A stretch of DNA of 60,171 nt, taken from NCBI RefSeq assembly GCF_006345805.1, contig NW_021833940.1:1-60171 (forward strand). Direction: 5' to 3'. The stretch's first letter is position 1, and each line of letters starts with the position of its first letter. Source of the DNA: Octopus sinensis. Taxonomy: Eukaryota. The notes below the pieces were generated by a model that did not search any database, was not told the origin of the DNA, and saw only the letters and a program-made list of their open reading frames with translations. Shown here piece by piece: positions 13,688 to 29,400 of this stretch. The position numbers and the translations under genes are program-made.

Positions 13688-14319
13688 ATGTGAATACGCA
13701 TATTTACATTCTTATGTACCGGCATGTCTGAAGTTTTCAAGTAGATTTGATTTCTGCCGTTATAAGGAATTTAGCCATTACCACACGATAAAGAACGTCT
13801 TTCTCAGTTGATAACGAATATCATCAGCTCCACTGATAAAAGTAAATAGTTCCATTGAACTTTCGGGCATGAAAGAAATCAAATATTCATTTTTTGTTTT
13901 TGTTTTCTTGTATTCCAGTTCTTAGATTCGTTAAACAAACTCTAGTAAAACATTTTGTGAACGTCTTCGATATCTTTTGAAGAATATTCCAAACTGCAGT
14001 GGTATCTATCTTCAAACCCATGGTAATATCTGAAATAACTATTATCCAGTGAAAATTAAGGTTATTGTTCTTTAATACAGAGTTTTGCAAATGTGTATTG
14101 CTGAATAAGACTCTGAACAGCTTTCGGCTCATTTATTCGATGCTTTTGTTGCTGTTATATAGCCCACCCCATGCCAGATCAGTCCTGATTAAGCAGAACT
14201 ATGATCAAAAGCACTCCAGTCATGACCATCCATCTTAACTTCAGATATAGAAAAGTATAGTTCATAATGGAGTTCTTAATGTACCATGTAGCTTTTCTTT
14301 TTAATAATAGTTTTATATA

Positions 14320-14426
14320 CCACTGCGTGGCACCTTGGGCAAGTGTCTTCTACTATAGTCTCGGGCCGACCAAAGCCTTGTGAATGGATTTGGTAGACGG
14401 AAACTGAAAAAAGCCCGTCGTATATA

Positions 14427-14485
<59 letters not shown>
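14320..14485 (+). mobile_element. Left half of a family A SINE (microsatellite-core type), headless, ending in (TA)n where the array begins
   Basis: CCACTGCGTGGCACCTTGGGCAAGTGTCTTCTACTATAG...GGAAACTGAAAAAAGCCCGTCG(TA)n matches the 5' part of the intact copy at 49042-49456. Confidence 0.85.
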
Positions 14486-14489
<4 letters not shown>

Positions 14490-17400
14490 TATATTGTCAT
14501 CAAAAAAGGGGGTAGAATTAATTAATTGTTAATAAATTCGACCAAGCAGTATTCGGTATGTAAAGACCATTTACGGTGTATTTGAAGTATTAATTTATAA
14601 AATATGGTAAAGTAAAAAAATTCACTTTACCACACACCGAACTTTTCAGAAATAGCAGCCAAAAATATGGCTATTTCTTCAACTGCAAATAAAAGTCTCC
14701 AGACAATGCATACTCAGAAAATAACTCACATAGGTATAAGGGAAAAACAATGAAAGATCACATCCTATACGATACCCGAGGACAGTCTGTTTCTGGATTT
14801 GTGGGTAAAACGCCACTTTTCCTTCATCAGCTCAGAGATTTCTTCTTATTTAGATTTGAAAATACTAAGAATCAAACATACCCGTCCGATATCTGTAACA
14901 TCGGACAAACCATGCCAGACACCCAGTACTAGCGAATCCAAAAATACGAATGAGATCTATTATTCTCCCTGTCCACCCACGTGAGTCATAGAGCATTACA
15001 TTTCTACAGAGGTAAAAACTGTAGTTCAAATTCTTGGAGAGAAAAGTATTATATTGTCATCAAAAAAGGGGGTAGAATTAATTAATTGTTAATAAATTCG
15101 ACCAAGCAGTATTCGGTATGTAAAGACCATTTACGGTGTATTTGAAGTATTATTTATAAAAATATGGTAAAGTAAAAAAATTCACTTTACCACACACCGA
15201 ACTTTTCAGAAATAGCAGCCAAAAATATGGCTATTTCTTCAACTGCAAATAAAAGTCTCCAGACAATGCATACTCAGAAAATAACTCACATAGGTATAAG
15301 GGAAAAACAATGAAAGATCACATCCATATACGATACCCGAGGACAGTCTGTTTCTGGATTTGTGGGTAAAACGCCACTTTTCCTTCATCAGCTCAGAGAT
15401 TTCTTCTTATTTAGATTTGAAAATACTAAGAATCAAACATACCCGTCCGATATCTGTAACATCGGACAAACCATGCCAGACACCCAGTACTAGCGAATCC
15501 AAAAATACGAATGAGATCTATTATTCTCCCTGTCCACCCACGTGAGTCATAGAGCATTACATTTCTACAGAGGTAAAAACTGTAGTTCAAATTCTTGGAG
15601 AGAAAAGTATTATATTGTCATCAAAAAAGGGGGTAGAATTAATTAATTGTTAATAAATTCGACCAAGCAGTATTCGGTATGTAAAGACCATTTACGGTGT
15701 ATTTGAAGTATTAATTTATAAAAATATGGTAAAGTAAAAAATTCACTTTACCACACACCGAACTTTTCAGAAATAGCAGCCAAAAATATGGCTATTTCTT
15801 CAACTGCAAATAAAAGTCTCCAGACAATGCATACTCAGAAAATAACTCACATAGGTATAAGGGAAAAACAATGAAAGATCACATCCATATACGATACCCG
15901 AGGACAGTCTGTTTCTGGATTTGTGGGTAAAACGCCACTTTTCCTTCATCACTCAGAGATTTCTTCTTATTTAGATTTGAAAATACTAAGAATCAAACAT
16001 ACCCGTCCGATATCTGTAACATCGGACAAACCATGCCAGACACCCAGTACTAGCGAATCCAAAAATACGAATGAGATCTATTATTCTCCCTGTCCACCCA
16101 CGTGAGTCATAGAGCATTACATTTCTACAGAGGTAAAAACTGTAGTTCAAATTCTTGGAGAGAAAAGTATTATATTGTCATCAAAAAAGGGGGTAGAATT
16201 AATTAATTGTTAATAAATTCGACCAAGCAGTATTCGGTATGTAAAGACCATTTACGGTGTATTTGAAGTATTAATTTATAAAAATATGGTAAAGTAAAAA
16301 AATTCACTTTACCACACACCGAACTTTTCAGAAATAGCAGCCAAAAATATGGCTATTTCTTCAACTGCAAATAAAAGTCTCCAGACAATGCATACTCAGA
16401 AAATAACTCACATAGGTATAAGGGAAAAACAATGAAAGATCACATCCATATACGATACCCGAGGACAGTCTGTTTCTGGATTTGTGGTAAAACGCCACTT
16501 TTCCTTCATCAGCTCAGAGATTTCTTCTTATTTAGATTTGAAAATACTAAGAATCAAACATACCCGTCCGATATCTGTAACATCGGACAAACCATGCCAG
16601 ACACCCAGTACTAGCGAATCCAAAAACGAATGAGATCTATTATTCTCCCTGTCCACCCACGTGAGTCATAGAGCATTACATTTCTACAGAGGTAAAAACT
16701 GTAGTTCAAATTCTTGGAGAGAAAAGTATTATATTGTCATCAAAAAAGGGGGTAGAATTAATTAATTGTTAATAAATTCGACCAAGCAGTATTCGGTATG
16801 TAAAGACCATTTACGGTGTATTTGAAGTATTATTTATAAAAATATGGTAAAGTAAAAAAATTCACTTTACCACACACCGAACTTTTCAGAAATAGCAGCC
16901 AAAAATATGGCTATTTCTTCAACTGCAAATAAAAGTCTCCAGACAATGCATACTCAGAAAATAACTCACATAGGTATAAGGGAAAAACAATGAAAGATCA
17001 CATCCATATACGATACCCGAGGACAGTCTGTTTCTGGATTTGTGGGTAAAACGCCACTTTTCCTTCATCAGCTCAGAGATTTCTTCTTATTTAGATTTGA
17101 AAATACTAAGAATCAAACATACCCGTCCGATATCTGTAACATCGGACAAACCATGCCAGACACCCAGTACTAGCGAATCCAAAAATACGAATGAGATCTA
17201 TTATTCTCCCTGTCCACCCCCGTGAGTCATAGAGCATTACATTTCTACAGAGGTAAAAACTGTAGTTCAAATCTTGGAGAGAAAAGTATTATATTGTCAT
17301 CAAAAAGGGGGTAGAATTAATTAATTGTTAATAAATTCGACCAAGCAGTATTCGGTATGTAAAGACCATTTACGGTGTATTTGAAGTATTAATTTATAAA

Positions 17401-20400
17401 AATATGGTAAAGTAAAAAATTCACTTTACCACACACCGAACTTTTCAGAATAGCAGCCAAAAATATGGCTATTTCTTCAACTGCAAATAAAAGTCTCCAG
17501 ACAATGCATACTCAGAAAATAACTCACATAGGTATAAGGGAAAAACAATGAAAGATCACATCCATATACGATACCCGAGGACAGTCTGTTCTGGATTTGT
17601 GGGTAAAACGCCACTTTTCCTCATCAGCTCAGAGATTTCTTCTTATTTAGATTTGAAAATACTAAGAATCAAACATACCCGTCCGATATCTGTAACATCG
17701 GACAAACCATGCCAGACACCCAGTACTAGCGAATCCAAAAACGAATGAGATCTATTATTCTCCCTGTCCACCCACGTGAGTCATAGAGCATTACATTTCT
17801 ACAGAGGTAAAAACTGTAGTTCAAATTCTTGGAGAGAAAAGTATTATATTGTCATCAAAAAAGGGGGTAGATTAATTAATTGTTAATAAATTCGACCAAG
17901 CAGTATTCGGTATGTAAAGACCATTTACGGTGTATTTGAAGTATTAATTTATAAAAATATGGTAAAGTAAAAAATTCACTTTACCACACACCGAACTTTT
18001 CAGAAATAGCAGCCAAAAATATGGCTATTTCTTCAACTGCAAATAAAAGTCTCCAGACAATGCATACTCAGAAAATAACTCACATAGGTATAAGGGAAAA
18101 CAATGAAAGATCACATCCATATACGATACCCGAGGACAGTCTGTTTCTGGATTTGTGGTTAAAACGCCACTTTTCCTTCATCAGCTCAGAGATTTCTTCT
18201 TATTTAGATTTGAAAATACTAAGAATCAACATACCCGTCCGATATCTGTAACATCGGACAAACCATGCCAGACACCCAGTACTAGCGAATCCAAAAATAC
18301 GAATGAGATCTATTATTCTCTCCTGTCCACCCACGTGAGTCATAGAGCATTACATTTCTACAGAGGTAAAAACTGTAGTTCAAATTCTTGGAGAGAAAAG
18401 TATTATATTGTCATCAAAAAAGGGGGTAGAATTAATTAATTGTTATAAATTCGACCAAGCAGTATTCGGTATGTAAAGACCATTTACGGTGTATTTGAAG
18501 TATTAATTTATAAAAATATGGTAAATTAAAAAAATTCACTTTACCACACCCGAACTTTTCAGAAATAGCAGCCAAAAATATGGCTATTTCTTCAACTGCA
18601 AATAAAAGTCTCCAGACAATGCATACTCAGAAAATAACTCACATAGGTATAAGGGAAAAACAATGAAAGATCACATCCATATACGATACCCGAGGACAGT
18701 CTGTTTCTGGATTTGTGGGTAAAACGCCTTTTCCTTCATCAGTCATCAGAGATTTCTTCTTATTTAGATTTGAAAATACTAAGAATCAAACATACCCCCG
18801 TCCGATATCTGTAACATCGGACAAACCATGCCAGACACCCAGTACTAGCGAATCCAAAAATACGAATGAGATCTATTATTCTCCCTGTCCACCCACGTGA
18901 GTCATAGAGCATTACATTTCTACAGAGGTAAAAACTGTAGTTCAAATTCTTGGAGAGAAAAGTATTATATTGTCATCAAAAAGGGGGTAGAATTAATTAA
19001 TTGTTAAAATTCGACCAAGCAGTATTCGGTATGTAAAGACCATTTACGGTGTATTTGAAGTATTAATTTATAAAAATATGGTAAAGTAAAAAATTCACTT
19101 TACCACACACCGAACTTTTCAGAAATAGCAGCCAAAAATATGGCTATTTCTTCAACTGCAAATAAAAGTCTCCAGACAATGCATACTCAGAAAATAACTC
19201 ACATAGGTATAAGGGAAAAACAATGAAAGATCACATCCATATACGATACCCGAGGACAGTCTGTTTCTGGATTTGTGGGTAAAACGCCACTTTTCCTTCA
19301 TCAGCTCAGAGATTTCTTCTTATTTAGATTTGAAAATACTAAGAATCAAACATACCCGTCCGATATCTGTAACATCGGACAAACCATGCCAGACACCCAG
19401 TACTAGCGAATCCAAAAATACGAATGAGATCTATTATTCTCCCTGTCCACCCACGTGAGTCATAGAGCATTACATTTCTACAGAGGTAAAAACTGTAGTT
19501 CAAATTCTTGAGAAAAGTATTATATTGTCATCAAAAAAGGGGGTAGAATTAATTAATTGTTAATAAATTCGACCAAGCAGTATTCGGTATGTAAAGACCA
19601 TTTACGGTGTATTTGAAGTATTAATTTATAAAAATATGGTAAAGTAAAAAAATTCACTTTACCACACACCGAACTTTTCAGAAATAGCAGCCAAAAATAT
19701 GGCTATTTCTTCAACTGCAAATAAAAGTCTCCAGACAATGCATACTCAGAAAATAACTCACATAGGTATAAGGGAAAAACAATGAAAGATCACATCCATA
19801 TACGATACCCGAGGACAGTCTGTTTCTGGATTTGTGGGTAAAACGCCACTTTTCCTTCATCAGCTCAGAGATTTCTTCTTATTTAGATTTGAAAATACTA
19901 AGAATCAAACATACCCGTCCGATATCTGTAACATCGGACAAACCATGCCAGACACCCAGTACTAGCGAATCCAAAAATACGAATGAGATCTATTATTCTC
20001 CCTGTCCACCCACGTGAGTCATAGAGCATTACATTTCTACAGAGGTAAAAACTGTAGTTCAAATTCTTGGAGAGAAAAGTATTATATTGTCATCAAAAAA
20101 GGGGGTAGAATTAATTAATTGTTAATATTCGACCAAGCAGTATTCGGTATGTAAAGACCATTTACGGTGTATTTGAAGTATTAATTTATAAAAATATGGT
20201 AAAGTAAAAAAATTCACTTTACCACACACCGAACTTTTCAGAATAGCAGCCAAAAATATGGCTATTTCTTCACTGCAAATAAAAGTCTCCAGACAATGCA
20301 TACTCAGAAAATAACTCACATAGGTATAAGGGAAAAACAATGAAAGATCACATCCATATACGATACCCGAGGACAGTCTGTTTCTGGATTTGTGGGTAAA

Positions 20401-23400
20401 ACGCCACTTTTCCTTCATCAGCTCAGAGATTTCTTCTTATTTAGATTTGAAAATACTAAGAATCAAACATACCCGTCCGATATCTGTAACATCGGACAAA
20501 CCATGCCAGACACCCAGTACTAGCGAATCCAAAAATACGAATGAGATCTATATTCTCCCTGTCCACCCACGTGAGTCATAGAGCATTACATTTCTACAGA
20601 GGTAAAAACTGTAGTTCAAATTCTTGGAGAGAAAAGTATTATATTGTCATCAAAAAAGGGGGTAGAATTAATTAATTGTTAATAAATTCGACCAAGCAGT
20701 ATTCGGTATGTAAAGACCATTTACGGTGTATTTGAAGTATTAATTTATAAAAATGGTAAAGTAAAAAAATTCACTTTACCACACACCGAACTTTTCAGAA
20801 ATAGCAGCCAAAAATATGGCTATTTCTTCAACTGCAAATAAAAGTCTCCAGACAATGCATACTCAGAAAATAACTCACATAGGTATAAGGGAAAAACATG
20901 AAAGATCACATCCATATACGATACCCGAGGACAGTCTGTTTCTGGATTTGTGGGTAAAACGCCACTTTTCCTTCATCAGCTCAGAGATTTCTTCTTATTT
21001 AGATTTGAAAATACTAAGAATCAAACATACCCGTCCGATATCTGTAACATCGGACAAACCATGCCAGACACCCAGTACTAGCGAATCCAAAAATACGAAT
21101 GAGATCTATTATTCTCCCTGTCCACCCACGTGAGTCATAGAGCATTACATTTCTACAGAGGTAAAAACTGTAGTTCAAATTCTTGGAGAGAAAAGTATTA
21201 TATTGTCATCAAAAAAGGGGGTAGAATTAATTAATTGTTAATAAATTCGACCAAGCAGTATTCGGTATGTAAAGACCATTTACGGTGTATTTGAAGTATT
21301 AATTTATAAAAATATGGTAAAGTAAAAAAATTCACTTTACCACACACCGAACTTTTCAGAAATAGCAGCCAAAAATATGGCTATTTCTTCAACTGCAAAT
21401 AAAAGTCTCCAGACAATGCATACTCAGAAAATAACTCACATAGGTATAAGGGAAAAACAATGAAAGATCACATCCATATACGATACCCGAGGACAGTCTG
21501 TTTCTGGATTTGTGGGTAAAACGCCACTTTTCCTTCATCAGCTCAGAGATTTCTTCTTATTTAGATTTGAAAATACTAAGAATCAAACATACCCGTCCGA
21601 TATCTGTAACATCGGACAAACCATGCCAGACACCCAGTACTAGCGAATCCAAAAATACGAATGAGATCTATTATTCTCCCTGTCCACCCACGTGAGTCAT
21701 AGAGCATTACATTTCTACAGAGGTAAAAACTGTAGTTCAAATTCTTGGAGAGAAAAGTATATATTGTCATCAAAAAAGGGGGTAGAATTAATTAATTGTT
21801 AATAAATTCGACCAAGCAGTATTCGGTATGTAAAGACCATTTACGGTGTATTTGAAGTATTAATTATAAAAATATGGTAAAGTAAAAAAATTCACTTTAC
21901 CACACACCGAACTTTTCAGAAATAGCAGCCAAAAATATGGCTATTTCTTCAACTGCAAATAAAAGTCTCCAGACAATGCATACTCAGAAAATAACTCACA
22001 TAGGTATAAGGGAAAAACAATGAAAGATCACATCCATATACGATACCCGAGGACAGTCTGTTTCTGGATTTGTGGGTAAAACGCCACTTTTCCTTCATCA
22101 GCTCAGAGATTTCTCTTATTTAGATTTGAAAATACTAAGAATCAAACATACCCGTCCGATATCTGTAACATCGGACAAACCATGCCAGACACCCAGTACT
22201 AGCGAATCCAAAAATACGAATGAGATCTATTATTCTCCCTGTCCACCCACGTGAGTCATAGAGCATTACATTTCTACAGAGGTAAAAACTGTAGTTCAAA
22301 TTCTTGGAGAGAAAAGTATTATATTGTCATCAAAAAAGGGGGTAGAATTAATTAATTGTTAATAAATTCGACCAAGCAGTATTCGGTATGTAAAGACCAT
22401 TTACGGTGTATTTGAAGTATTAATTTATAAAAATATGGTAAAGTAAAAAAATTCACTTTACCACACACCGAACTTTTCAGAAATAGCAGCCAAAAATATG
22501 GCTATTTCTTCAACTGCAAATAAAAGTCTCCAGACAATGCATACTCAGAAAATAACTCACATAGGTATAAGGGAAAAACAATGAAAGATCACATCCATAT
22601 ACGATACCCGAGGACAGTCTGTTTCTGGATTTGTGGGTAAAACGCCACTTTTCCTTCATCAGCTCAGAGATTTCTTCTTATTTAGATTTGAAAATACTAA
22701 GAATCAAACATACCCGTCCGATATCTGTAACATCGGACAAACCATGCCAGACACCCAGTACTAGCGAATCCAAAAATACGAATGAGATCTATTATTCTCC
22801 CTGTCCACCCACGTGAGTCATAGAGCATTACATTTCTACAGAGAACTAAAAACTGTAGTTCAAATTCTTGGAGAGAAAAGTATTATATTGTCATCAAAAA
22901 AGGGGGTAGAATAATTAATTGTTAAAATTCGACCAAGCAGTATTCGGTATGTAAAGACCATTTACGGTGTATTTGAAGTATTAATTTATAAAATATGGTA
23001 AAGTAAAAAAATTCACTTTACCACACACCGAACTTTTCAGAAATAGCAGCCAAAAATATGGCTATTTCTTCAACTGCAAATAAAAGTCTCCAGACAATGC
23101 ATACTCAGAAAATAACTCACATAGGTATAAGGGAAAAACAATGAAAGATCACATCCATATACGATACCCGAGGACAGTCTGTTTCTGGATTTGTGGGTAA
23201 AACGCCACTTTTCCTTCATCAGCTCAGAGATTTCTTCTTATTTAGATTTGAAAATACTAAGAATCAAACATACCCGTCCGATATCTGTAACATCGGACAA
23301 ACCATGCCAGACACCCAGTACTAGCGAATCCAAAAATACGAATGAGATCTATTATTCTCCCTGTCCACCCACGTGAGTCATAGAGCATTACATTTCTACA

Positions 23401-26400
23401 GAGGTAAAAACTGTAGTTCAAATTCTTGGAGAGAAAAGTATTATATTGTCATCAAAAAAGGGGGTGGGGGTAGAATTAATAATTGTTAATAAATTCGACC
23501 AAGCAGTATTCGGTATGTAAAGACCATTTACGGTGTATTTGAAGTATTAATTTATAAAAATATGGTAAAGTAAAAAAATTCACTTTACCACACCCGAACT
23601 TTTCAGAAATAGCAGCCAAAAATATGGCTATTTCTTCAACTGCAAATAAAAGTCTCCAGACAATGCATACTCAGAAAATAACTCACATAGGTATAAGGGA
23701 AAAACAATGAAAGATCACATCCATATACGATACCCGAGGACAGTCTGTTTCTGGATTTGTGGGTAATAAAACGCCACTTTTCCTTCATCAGCTCAGAGAT
23801 TTCTTCTTATTTAGATTTGAAAATACTAAGAATCAAACATACCCGTCCGATATCTGTAACATCGGACAAACCATGCCAGACACCCAGTACTAGCGAATCC
23901 AAAAATACGAATGAGATCTATTATTCTCCCTGTCCACCCACGTGAGTCATAGAGCATTACATTTCTACAGAGGTAAAAACTGTAGTTCAAATTCTTGGAG
24001 AGAAAAGTATTATATTGTCATCAAAAAAGGGGGTAGAATTAATTAATTGTTAATAAATTCGACCAAGCAGTATTCGGTATGTAAAGACCATTTACGGTGT
24101 ATTTGAAGTATTAATTTATAAAAATATGGTAAAGTAAAAAAATTCACTTTACCACACACCGAACTTTTCAGAAATAGCAGCAAAAATATGGCTATTTCTT
24201 CAACTGCAAATAAAAGTCTCCAGACAATGCATACTCAGAAAATAACTCACATAGGTATAAGGGAAAAACAATGAAAGATCACATCCATATACGATACCCG
24301 AGGACAGTCTGTTCTGGATTTGTGGGTAAAACGCCACTTTTCCTTCATCAGCTCAGAGATTTCTTCTTATTTAGATTTGAAAATACTAAGAATCAAACAT
24401 ACCCGTCCGATATCTGTAACATCGGACAAACCATGCCAGACACCCAGTACTAGCGAATCCAAAAATACGAATGAGATCTATTATTCTCCCTGTCCACCCA
24501 CGTGAGTCATAGAGCATTACATTTCTACAGAGGTAAAAACTGTAGTTCAAATTCTTGGAGAGAAAAGTATTATATTGTCATCAAAAAAGGGGGTAGAATT
24601 AATTAATTGTTAATAAATTCGACCAAGCAGTATTCGGTATGTAAAGACCATTTACGGTGTATTTGAAGTATTAATTTATAAAAATATGGTAAAGTAAAAA
24701 AATTCACTTTACACACACCGAACTTTTCAGAAATAGCAGCCAAAAATATGGCTATTTCTTCAACTGCAAATAAAAGTCTCCAGACAATGCATACTCAGAA
24801 AATAACTCACATAGGTATAAGGGAAAAACAATGAAAGATCACATCCATATACGATACCCGAGGACAGTCTGTTTCTGGATTTGTGGGTAAAACGCCACTT
24901 TTCCTTCATCAGCTCAGAGATTTCTTCTTATTTAGATTTGAAAATACTAAGAATCAAACATACCCGTCCGATATCTGTAACATCGGACAAACCATGCCAG
25001 ACACCCAGTACTAGCGAATCCAAAAATACGAATGAGATCTATTATTCTCCCTGTCCACCCACGTGAGTCATAGAGCATTACATTTCTACAGAGGTAAAAA
25101 CTGTAGTTCAAATTCTTGGAGAGAAAAGTATTATATTGTCATCAAAAAAGGGGGTAGAATTAATTAATTGTTAATAAATTCGACCAAGCAGTATTCGGTA
25201 TGTAAAGACCATTTACGGTGTATTGTATTAAGTATTAATTTATAAAATATGGTAAAGTAAAAAATTCACTTTACCACACACCGAACTTTTCAGAAATAGC
25301 AGCCAAAAATATGGCTATTTCTTCAACTGCAAATAAAAGTCTCCAGACAATGCATACTCAGAAAATAACTCACATAGGTATAAGGGAAAAACAATGAAAG
25401 ATCACATCCATATACGATACCCGAGGACAGTCTGTTTCTGGATTTGTGGGTAAAACGCCACTTTTCCTTCATCAGCTCAGAGATTTCTTCTTATTTAGAT
25501 TTGAAAATACTAAGAATCAAACATACCCGTCCGATATCTGTAACATCGGACAAACCATGCCAGACACCCAGTACTAGCGAATCCAAAAATACGAATGAGA
25601 TCTATTATTCTCCCTGTCCACCCACGTGAGTCATAGAGCATTACATTTCTACAGAGGTAAAAACTGTAGTTCAAATTCTTGGAGAGAAAAGTATTATATT
25701 GTCATCAAAAAAGGGGGTAGAATTAATTAATTGTTAATAAATTCGACCAAGCAGTATTCGGTATGTAAAGACCATTTACGGTGTATTTGAAGTATTAATT
25801 TATAAAAATATGGTAAATTAAAAAAATTCACTTTACCACACACCGAACTTTTCAGAAATAGCAGCCAAAAATATGGCTATTTCTTCAACTGCAATAAAAG
25901 TCTCCAGACAATGCATACTCAGAAAATAACTCACATAGGTATAAGGGAAAAACAATGAAAGATCACATCCCCATATACGATACCCGAGGACAGTCTGTTT
26001 CTGGATTTGTGGGTAAAACGCCACTTTTCCTTCATCAGCTCAGAGATTTCTTCTTATTTAGATTTGAAAATACTAAGAATCAAACATACCCGTCCGATAT
26101 CTGTAACATCGGACAAACCATGCCAGACACCCAGTACTAGCGAATCCAAAAATACGAATGAGATCTATTATTCTCCCTGTCCACCACGTGAGTCATAGAG
26201 CATTACATTTCTACAGAGGTAAAAACTGTAGTTCAAATTCTTGGAGAGAAAAGTATTATATTGTCATCAAAAAGGGGGTAGAATTAATTAATTGTTAATA
26301 AATTCGACCAAGCAGTATTCGGTATGTAAAGACCATTACGGTGTATTTGAAGTATAATTTATAAAAATATGGTAAAGTAAAAAAATTCACTTTACCACAC

Positions 26401-29400
26401 ACCGAACTTTTCAGAAATAGCAGCCAAAAATATGGCTATTTCTTCAACTGCAAATAAAAGTCTCCAGACAATGCATACTCAGAAAATAACTCACATAGGT
26501 ATAAGGGAAAAACAATGAAAGATCACATCCATATACGATACCCGAGGACAGTCTGTTTCTGGATTTGTGGTAGTAAAACGCCACTTTTCCTTCATCAGCT
26601 CAGAGATTTCTTCTTATTTAGATTTGAAAATACTAAGAATCAAACATACCCGTCCGATATCTGTAACATCGGACAAACCATGCCAGACAACCAGTACTAG
26701 CGAATCCAAAAATACGAATGAGATCTATTATTCCCTGTCCACCCACGTGAGTCATAGAGCATTACATTTCTACAGAGGTAAAAACTGTAGTTCAAATTCT
26801 TGGAGAGAAAAGTATTATATTGTCATCAAAAAAGGGGGTAGAATTAATTAATTGTTAATAAATTCGACCAAGCAGTATTCGGTATGTAAAGACCATTTAC
26901 GGTGTATGAAGTATTAATTATAAAAATATGGTAAAGTAAAAAAATTCACTTTACCACACACCGAACTTTTCAGAAATAGCAGCCAAAAATATGGCTATTT
27001 CTTCAACTGCAAATAAAAGTCTCCAGACAATGCATACTCAGAAAATAACTCACATAGGTATAAGGGAAAAACAATGAAAGATCACATCCATATACGATAC
27101 CCGAGGACAGTCTGTTTCTGGATTTGTGGGTAAAACGCCACTTTTCCTTCATCAGCTCAGAGATTTCTTCTTATTTAGATTTGAAAATACTAAGAATCAA
27201 ACATACCCGTCCGATATCTGTAACATCGGACAAACCATGCCAGACACCCAGTACTAGCGAATCCAAAAATACGAATGAGATCTATTATTCTCCCTGTCCA
27301 CCCACGTGAGTCATAGAGCATTACATTTCTACAGAGGTAAAAACTGTAGTTCAAATTCTTGGAGAGAAAAGTATTATATTGTCATCAAAAAAGGGGGTAG
27401 AATTAATTAATTGTTAATAAATTCGACCAAGCAGTATTCGGTATGTAAAGACCATTTACGGTGTATTTGAAGTATTAATTTATAAAAATATGGTAAAGTA
27501 AAAAAATTCACTTTACACACACCGAACTTTTCAGAAATAGCAGCCAAAAATATGGCTATTTCTTCAACTGCAAATAAAAGTCTCCAGACAATGCATACTC
27601 AGAAAATAACTCACATAGGTATAAGGAAAAAACAATGAAAGATCACATCCATATACGATACCCGAGGACAGTCTGTTTCTGGATTTGTGGGTAAAACGCC
27701 ACTTTTCCTTCATCAGCTCAGAGATTTCTTCTTATTTAGATTTGAAAATACTAAGAATCAAACATACCCGTCCGATATCTGTAACATCGGACAAACCATG
27801 CCAGACACCCAGTACTAGCGAATCCAAAAATACGAATGAGATCTATTATTCTCCCTGTCCACCCACGTGAGTCATAGAGCATTACATTTCTACAGAGGTA
27901 AAAACTGTAGTTCAAATTCTTGGAGAGAAAAGTATTATATTGTCATCAAAAAAGGGGGTAGAATTAATTAATTGTTAATAAATTCGACCAAGCAGTATTC
28001 GGTATGTAAAGACCATTTACGGTGTATTTGAAGTATTAATTTATAAAAATATGGTAAAGTAAAAAATTCACTTTACCACACACCGAACTTTTCAGAAATA
28101 GCAGCCAAAAATATGGCTATTTCTTCAACTGCAAATAAAAGTCTCCAGACAATGCATACTCAGAAAATAACTCACATAGGTATAGGGAAAAACAATGAAA
28201 GATCACATCCATATACGATACCCGAGGACAGTCTGTTTCTGGATTTGTGGGGTAAAACGCCACTTTTCCTTCATCAGCTCAGAGATTTCTCTTATTTAGA
28301 TTTGAAAATACTAAGAATCAAACATACCCGTCCGATATCTGTAACATCGGACAAACCATGCCAGACACCCAGTACTAGCGAATCCAAAAATACGAATGAG
28401 ATCTATTATTCTCCCTGTCCACCCACGTGAGTCATAGAGCATTACATTTCTACAGAGGTAAAAACTGTAGTTCAAATTCTTGGAGAGAAAAGTATTATAT
28501 TGTCATCAAAAAAGGGGGTAGAATTAATTAATTGTTAATAAATTCGACCAAGCAGTATTCGGTATGTAAAGACCATTTACGGTGTATTTGAAGTATTAAT
28601 TTATAAAAATATGGTAAAGTAAAAAAATTCACTTTACCACACACCGAACTTTTCAGAAATAGCAGCCAAAAATATGGCTATTTCTTCAACTGCAAATAAA
28701 AGTCTCCAGACAATGCATACTCAGAAAATAACTCACATAGGTATAAGGGAAAAACAATGAAAGATCACATCCATATACGATACCCGAGGACAGTCTGTTT
28801 CTGGATTTGTGGGTAAAACGCCACTTTTCTTCATCAGCTCAGAGATTTCTTCTTATTTAGATTTGAAAATACTAAGAATCAAACATACCCGTCCGATATC
28901 TGTAACATCGGACAAACCATGCCAGACACCCAGTACTAGCGAATCCAAAAATACGAATGAGATCTATTATTCTCCCTGTCCACCCACGTGAGTCATAGAG
29001 CATTACATTTCTACAGAGGTAAAAACTGTAGTTCAAATTCTTGGAGAGAAAAGTATTATATTGTCATCAAAAAAGGGGGTAGAATTAATTAATTGTTAAT
29101 AAATTCGACCAAGCAGTATTCGGTATGTAAAGACCATTTACGGTGTATTTGAAGTATTAATTTATAAAAATATGGTAAAGTAAAAAAATTCACTTTACCA
29201 CACACCGAACTTTTCAGAAATAGCAGCCAAAAATATGGCTATTTCTTCAACTGCAAATAAAAGTCTCCAGACAATGCATACTCAGAAAATAACTCACATA
29301 GGTATAAGGGAAAAACAATGAAAGATCACATCCATATACGATACCCGAGGACAGTCTGTTTCTGGATTTGTGGTAAAAGTTAAAACGCCACTTTTCTTCA

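Noticed and set aside
14880-14940. Helitron 3' end (hairpin plus CTAG) as the origin of the array
   Set aside because: The hairpin lies about 22 nt from CTAG, and the array ends do not coincide with TC or CTAG termini.
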